From Octopus vulgaris (Eukaryota), in assembly GCA_951406725.2 (NCBI GenBank), contig OX597814.1, forward strand, positions 175,584,001 to 175,648,000: DNA of 64,000 nt, in the 5' to 3' direction. Shown here piece after piece: positions 57,869-64,000 of the stretch; position 1 is the first letter of the stretch, and each line of letters opens with the position of its first letter. The position numbers and the translations under genes are program-made. Below the pieces are notes generated by a model. The model did not search any database. It was not told the DNA's origin and was given only the letters and a program-made list of their open reading frames with translations.

Positions 57869-58109
57869 GGATAATAAAACGAACGGTTTGCACCTGGTAG
57901 CTTACTGGTAAAGCATGGTCACTTTCACAGTGATCGTTATGTTAATGCTTTTCTCGCTGTATTGTGTGTTCGTTTCTCTTTTTGCCATCTGTGATTTCAT
58001 TTGTGATCTTCTGTATAAATGTAGATATTTCCTCCGTACGGCTGATTCTCTTTCTACAAAACGGGCAGTTACATTGCGGAACAGATGTCTTAACAAGTTG
58101 TATTTATTT

Positions 58110-58215
58110 ATCACCTGACAAGATACATCTGCACCACCGGATGCTTCTGAACCAGTTGTTGAGTGTCCCGCCCGTGAGGAATCGATGCTAGATGCGTCGA
58201 AACAATTGTCGTGAT
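58110..58215 (+). ncRNA. Type I hammerhead motif with long stem II (G8>A)
   Basis: atcac-CTGACAA-gatacatct..agatgcgtc-GAAA-caattg-TC|gtgat; 5-bp stem I, palindromic stem III, GUC site. Confidence 0.7.
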
Positions 58216-58258
58216 TAATAATAAATTCTCGTACATTCTATCTTTCATCTTTCATTTA

Positions 58259-58416
<158 letters not shown>

Positions 58417-58421
58417 ATACA

Positions 58422-58454
<33 letters not shown>

Positions 58455-58535
58455 GTACATATATATGTATAATGAGGGCGCATGGCTTAGTGGTTGGGGT
58501 GTTACACTCACGATCGCTAGATCGTGGTTTGAAAT

Positions 58536-58567
<32 letters not shown>

Positions 58568-58574
58568 TCACGCA

Positions 58575-58750
58575 TGCACGCACAGACATATATACGATGG
58601 GCTTTTAATGTCTACCAACCGATTCTGCTCACAAGGTTCTGGTCGGCCAGGTGTTATAGTGGAAGATACTTGCTCAAAGTGCCATGAAGTGATACTAAAC
58701 CCGGAACCATGTGGATGGAAAGCAAGCTTCTTACCATACTGCCACGCCTG
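58575..58750 (-). mobile_element. SINE B 5' half
   Basis: Reverse complement of the family B head. Confidence 0.75.
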
Positions 58751-59183
58751 CTCCTCTTACTTGGGTAGTTGCTCACATTAGTAGTTAAGTGGGTAGCATT
58801 TATAATATTTTACTGTATCTCGGGAGGGTCATTATCTTTTACTGCTTTATTACTTAACACACACACCGGTTCAATTTCCACTCATTTACTTATTTATGTT
58901 TTCTAAAATTTTCGTTGCGTTTTGCAACCTTTTCAATTGTCATTTACTCTAATAATATTAGTGAGAAAAATAATACAAATGGCATTGGCAAATTGGGCTA
59001 CGTTAAAAGCTGTAGAGGCCTTGGTAACACAAATAGCATTTATGAGTTGGATAGCACCAATAGCATTAGTTAACTGGGCATCGCAATTAGCAATGTTTAG
59101 TCGAGTAACACTAAAAGTTTTAATGACCTGTAGGGATACCGTATTTTGTTATGCAACTATAGTGTACTACAAACTACAAAATA

Positions 59184-60401
59184 CGAAGGGTGTATGGAAA
59201 GTCTTGAGCCTCCCCCCCCCAAAAAAAAAACATGGTACAAGACTTCTGATGATTTATTTTTCAACTTCCTACAGCGTCTATGACGTCATTGTCACTGGCA
59301 AAATGGCGATCAGCCAGGACTTTTTTCAGTTTTGGGAATAGATGGAAGTCAGAGGGGGCTAAGCCTGGCGAATAAGGCGGGTGAGGAACAAGGTCGTATC
59401 CACAATCAAGAATTGTTGCTATGGCAACCACTGAGGCGTGGGATGGAGCATTGTCATGATGAAAAAGGACTCCTGTGGTGAGCAATCCCGGCCTTTTTCT
59501 TTGATTGATCTCAGAAGCATTTCAGTAGCTGAGAATAATAATTCCTATCACGGTGTGACCCTTTTCAAGGTAATCTATCAGCAAGACACCTTGAGAATCA
59601 TAAAAAAACGGACGCCATGACCGTGCCAGCTTAAGGAATGATCCTGGTCTTTGGGGTAGAAGATGTGTGCTTCCACTGCTTTGATTGTTCTTTGGTTTCA
59701 GGCTGATACTGACGAACCCAACTTTCGTCCATAGTAATGAAACAAGCAAGAACATTCTCTTAGTCGGCTTCAAACAGTTTCAGATTGCTTGTGGACAAAA
59801 TGCACCTGGTGCGTTTCTGTTCATGAGTCAAAAGGCGAGGGACCCACCTTGCAGAAACCGCTGAGAACCCAAGTTCTTTTGTCACTATGTTGTCTGCTCT
59901 TTCAAATGAGATGTCCAGTCGGCTATATATCAGGAGCTTTTGCTCCTTCATTAGCCCTCATCCAACCCATTCAGCAATCTTGCATTATCATACCAAGAGC
60001 AAGGTCAAGGTTGTTCTTGATGGTTGCAGTTGGAGGTCTCCCTGGTCTGGGGTCATGTTCCACGCTCGAATTCATTTACTCAGCGTTTGACTGTTGCATA
60101 TGAAGGAGCATTGTCTGTTAAGGTTCTCACCATATCTTCATGGATTTCTGATGGAGTCATGCCTTTCAAATGAAGGTACTTCATGACAGCACGATACTCA
60201 GTTTTCTCCATTTTCTTTGTAACCTCGACACTTGTTTGTTCAAAAATCTGCAAAAGAAAAAAAAAAAGAAAAAAATATCAGAATCATGAAAATGAGCAAA
60301 AATACGCCGAAAAGACTGTACATACAAAAAAAAAAAAATTGTTTCAGCTATCTAGCAGCCCCGTTTCTAGGTTAGGTTCAAAACTTTTCATACACCCCTC
60401 A
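59184..60401 (-). mobile_element. Full-length dead mariner (DD34D) transposon
   Basis: TIRs cgaagggtgtatggaaagtcttgagcct / aggttcaaaacttttcatacacccctc; frameshifted transposase with WVPRLLT, FYDSQGVLLIDYLEKG and HHDNAPSH..HPPYSPGLAPSDFHLF (34 residues between the Ds). Confidence 0.95.
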
Positions 60402-61034
60402 CTTTTATAAGTCAATACTGAGTTCTACTGTGTTAGCAGTGCTACTAAATCACTTGCTAAGGCTATCTCTACAGATTTTCTATAGAAATTATAGCCAGCG
60501 CTGATTTCGTTCCTTATCCGGGTAGGCCTAATGTTTAACAACAGTGAGATCGAAGATGAAAAACGAATAATAGGTGTATAAGCCATATATCAGGAGTTTT
60601 GCTCCTTCATTAGCCCTCATCCAACCCATTAACCATCCACTAATACATTGCTTAAATAGTAAGTAAATATATAGCGATGTAACATCATTGGACATAGCAA
60701 TTTTTCTCATCGAACACATTCCTAGAAGCTGGTACGCAAATATTAATGACTTGCTGAGACAATAGCATTAGTTACTTGGGTAGCACTACTAGCTAGTTAG
60801 TTTGGTAACTACTATAATCTAGTTCTGTTATTGCTTCAGCCAGAGAACGATTTTCAACTAATATTTCATTTTACCTTATTCAAGTAAAGTAAAATGTTCA
60901 CAGTGGAATATTGAGCTTGTTAATTTAATTGGATATGACATTGACAGAAATAATACTGACGTTGATGGCCCTCAACGAGGACTGCCTATCACAATGAAGT
61001 TGGCAGTAATGAGAACGATGCTGAAAAGGGTGTT

Positions 61035-61500
61035 AATGATGAGAGTGTACATGATGAGGAAGATGATGATGAGGAAGATGATACTGAGGAAGATGATGCC
61101 GAGGAAGATGACGATGATGATGACGACGACAATGATGAATCTATCAAGGTAATGCTATGCATGATGATGATGTTTATAATTATAATAAGGATGATAATGA
61201 TATGATGATGACGACGGCGACTTCGGCAATGATGATGATTATGAAGAAGGAGGAAGTTATGATTACGACGAGGATGCTGTAGGTGTTAACGACAGTGATG
61301 ATGGTTATAATGATGATGAGGATGTGCACGTGGTAATGGTGATGATGACGATAATGATGATGATGATAACAATGATGACGATGATGAAACAGGAGTAAAG
61401 AAGGTGATGTGGGTGTTCGTGGTAGGGAACCGACAATAATGTTGGTTATAACAAGCGATGATGATAACGATGATGACCACAACGACGATGCGGATGGTGA
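61035..61500. repeat. Degenerate (GAT)n-rich tract
   Basis: Directly visible. Confidence 0.85.
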
Positions 61501-61936
61501 TTACAAGATGTATTTATAGGTCTGTACATAAAGAAAAACTTAGTGCATCGGTGAAGCGATTCGGCGAACTGCGTTTCAATTTCCGCTCACAGCAATTTTA
61601 CGTTATTTTAAGTGTCTCATCTCCTTTTATAACGGCATGAATGTCACAACTACTATAGGTTACATACCCACCTAGATAAACCAACAGGAAACTGCATCAG
61701 CGTCTATTCAATGGGATATTCAGACAACCATAGCAAGTTAAGACCGGAACCGGACATGATTAAATGACGGAGACGATTTAACCGACTATAAATCGTTCCT
61801 CTCCCTCACCCCAAACAACACCAAGATCGCAACAAAATGCGTAGTCACGTGGCTAAATGAGAAATCATTATAATTATTATTATTACTGTAATTGGTAGAA
61901 TTAGTAGGGCCAACTGACAAAAATGCCTTGTGTTGG

Positions 61937-62275
61937 GGTGGTGAATTGGCAGAACGTTAAAGCTTCAATCAAATTCCTTTAGTCCGAGCTTTTATGTTCT
62001 GAGTTCAAATCCCGCCAAGGTAAACTTTACCCCTCATTCTTCTGGAGTCCACAAAATAAAATACAAGACACCTACGTTTCCAATGTGTGGCCTCTTGCCT
62101 ATGTCAGAAACTGTTATTTTGTTAGTTATATTCTTTTATGTTCTAAGTTCAAATCTTACTGTGGTAAAGTTTGCCTCTCATCCTTCTTGAGTAAACAAAG
62201 CAAAATACCTGTCAAGTAGTAGGGTCGATTTAATCCACAGATACCCTCTCTCCGAATTTGTGGCCTTGTGTTTTA
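61937..62275 (+). mobile_element. Two eroded SINE A copies
   Basis: ggtgaattggcagaa..gttctgagttcaaatccc. Confidence 0.7.
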
Positions 62276-62399
62276 TATTATAGCGGCTGCTTAGTTAGAA
62301 GTCTGAAAAGTCAATTCTTCATTTTCCCTTTCTCCCTCAGTTACAGCCTCAGGTTGGTGCTTATACCACTTGTTAAGAGATTTTATTTTATAATGCTGA

Positions 62400-63050
62400 C
62401 GTATTAACCAGTATAGATATTGGCCAACTCTGTCATGTCTTGATCTATATTCTACTGATACTAAAACTTTACATGAGAGATTAAGTGGTTCATTGTTTCA
62501 GTTACATCATTGCAGAATCAGCACTTTGGATCAACTCCATTTTTCATCACATTGGCTTTGTAGTTCCGGATCAATAAGCTTTGATCTTGAAGAACTAAGA
62601 TGAAACCTTCGATCTCTGCCCTTAGCCCTAAACTTCTTACCCACTGATGGATGTGCTTCTGGTCAACGTCAGCTTATTTGTTATGGGCCACATATTTGAC
62701 CAGCCCATTGTTCATGTGCATTTTTATTGCTATTAATTCTACCTTCTTCGTAACAACAGTTACCACACTTCACTTAGGCTGTTCAGCATGGATATCAATA
62801 GCAAATATTCTAATCCCATTCAAGACAGAATGAAGCTTTTTATGCCTCTCGTGATTTTCAACGAGCTTTAGCATCCAGTCGTTAATTGCTTCAAGATATT
62901 TGACCAGTCCAATTGTGGTGGTTTTGTATGAGAGTTCAAACTGGATCATGCATCGGCCTTCTAGGGCTCTCGGAAGGTAAAAGTGATCCACATCTGCATT
63001 TGGGTGGTGCATTTTATTATAAGTCAGCATCGTAATATTCTTCTATCAAT
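62400..63050 (-). mobile_element. R4/Dong-type LINE internal fragment
   Basis: HHPNADVDHFYLPR..GR..IGLVKYL; QW..GLRAEIEGFILVLQDQ..NY..KC*FC..ETMNHL (CCHC knuckle). Confidence 0.85.
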
Positions 63051-63163
63051 CTTATTACAAGTCAGCAGTTTAAACATTTTCTATCAAACTTATAAGTCTG
63101 CAGATTACGCATTAAACTTTTGAGAAAGAAGAATTCCTAACATCGGGCTACAACAAGTAACTT

Positions 63164-63317
63164 TAGATAACGAGAACCTTCCTAAGTATTCTAGATGTCC
63201 CTAATAACACTGTTTTCTGGAACTGTACGAAACAAGGTTTCATGCCTATTTCCGCTATCCGTCTATTCAAATCTTTATGGACAGTTTCTGATGTACCCAT
63301 AACTATAGGGATACCTT
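63164..63317 (-). mobile_element. R4/Dong-type LINE 3' end, divergent family
   Basis: IPIVMG..QKTVLLGTSRILRKVL*. Confidence 0.75.
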
Positions 63318-63364
63318 TTATTATTATTGTTGTTGTTGTTGTTGTTGTTGTTGTCGTCGTCGTC

Positions 63365-63420
<56 letters not shown>

Positions 63421-63424
63421 CATT

Positions 63425-64000
63425 GTCATTTACTTTTAATCTGCATGTTTGATGCAATCACTTGCCGGGGCACACCCAGCGCCCTAGGGCAAGTGAAGGT
63501 TAAGAGTTGTTGAAATATAGTTGAAAGCTTGGGGAGGGGAAGTAGAGAAATATCTCCATGTAATACAAACACAAACAGTTACATTGATAGGGTTTTTCTA
63601 AGGATGTGGGCAGTACTTGTTAGCACAATCTTTTGGATTTCCTTGAGACATGGTTCTCCAGGGATATTGTCTAGGTGTTTCTGACATCCCTTTTTTATCA
63701 TACCTAGGGCTCCTACAATAACAGGAACAGTTTTTGTTTTAAGATTCCACATCTTTTGTATTTCGATTTCCAGGTCCTTATATTTACTAAGTTTGTCAAA
63801 TTCCTTTACAGATACATTTTTATCAGTGGGGACGCTTACCTCTATTAGTCTGCAGGTATTTTCTTCCCTGTCTTTAACAATTATGTCTGGTCGATTAGCC
63901 TTGATCGTTCTGTCAGTGTTGACTGGAAAATCCCAGAGGATGGTGTTCATACCAGTTCACACCTTCAACAACTGGCTGAGGATGGTGTTCATACCAGTTA
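63425..64000 (-). mobile_element. R4/Dong-type LINE 3' portion with open REL endonuclease domain and 3'UTR, ending in (TAA)n
   Basis: ILWDFPVNTDRTIKANRPDIIVKD..LIEVSVP..KEFDKLSKYKDL..VPVIVGALG..TAHILRKTL. Confidence 0.92.

Noticed and set aside
59261-60190. Domesticated SETMAR-like gene
   Set aside because: Multiple frameshifts, TIRs retained and no SET domain nearby.
60990-61155. Acidic D/E-rich exon ending at AAG|GTAATG
   Set aside because: In-frame stops upstream, no acceptor, and it lies in a duplicated GAT-rich low-complexity tract.

Overview
AT-rich, microsatellite-saturated animal DNA, most likely intergenic or intronic. The SINE families and microsatellite load suggest an octopus or other coleoid cephalopod; this is my inference and was not verified. 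I found no intact host gene. Almost all ORFs in the track are translations of (AT)n, (AC)n, (ATCT)n, (ATGT)n or (AAT)n. The readable content is mobile-element debris: many copies of two tRNA-derived SINE families, Penelope-like (GIY-YIG) fragments, RTE and R4/Dong-type LINE fragments, a Helitron with a frameshifted PIF1 helicase plus a complete non-autonomous Helitron, a full-length dead mariner, a DD41D-type Tc1/mariner deletion derivative and a MITE. The most striking hidden layer is about a dozen minimal type-I hammerhead-ribozyme (HHR)-like motifs with palindromic stem III. They sit in short units at (TA)n tracts, often in inverted repeats, and in several cases directly 3' of Penelope ORF remnants. 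The best example is a near-perfect 309-bp palindrome (9263-9571) with an intact HHR core on each strand. Several copies show possible compensatory changes at the 3-8 core pair. A second pattern is a stack of (TAA)n-embedded R4/Dong fragments with an apparently non-coding ~560-bp partner element. All motifs were read by eye; coordinates of degenerate elements are approximate.
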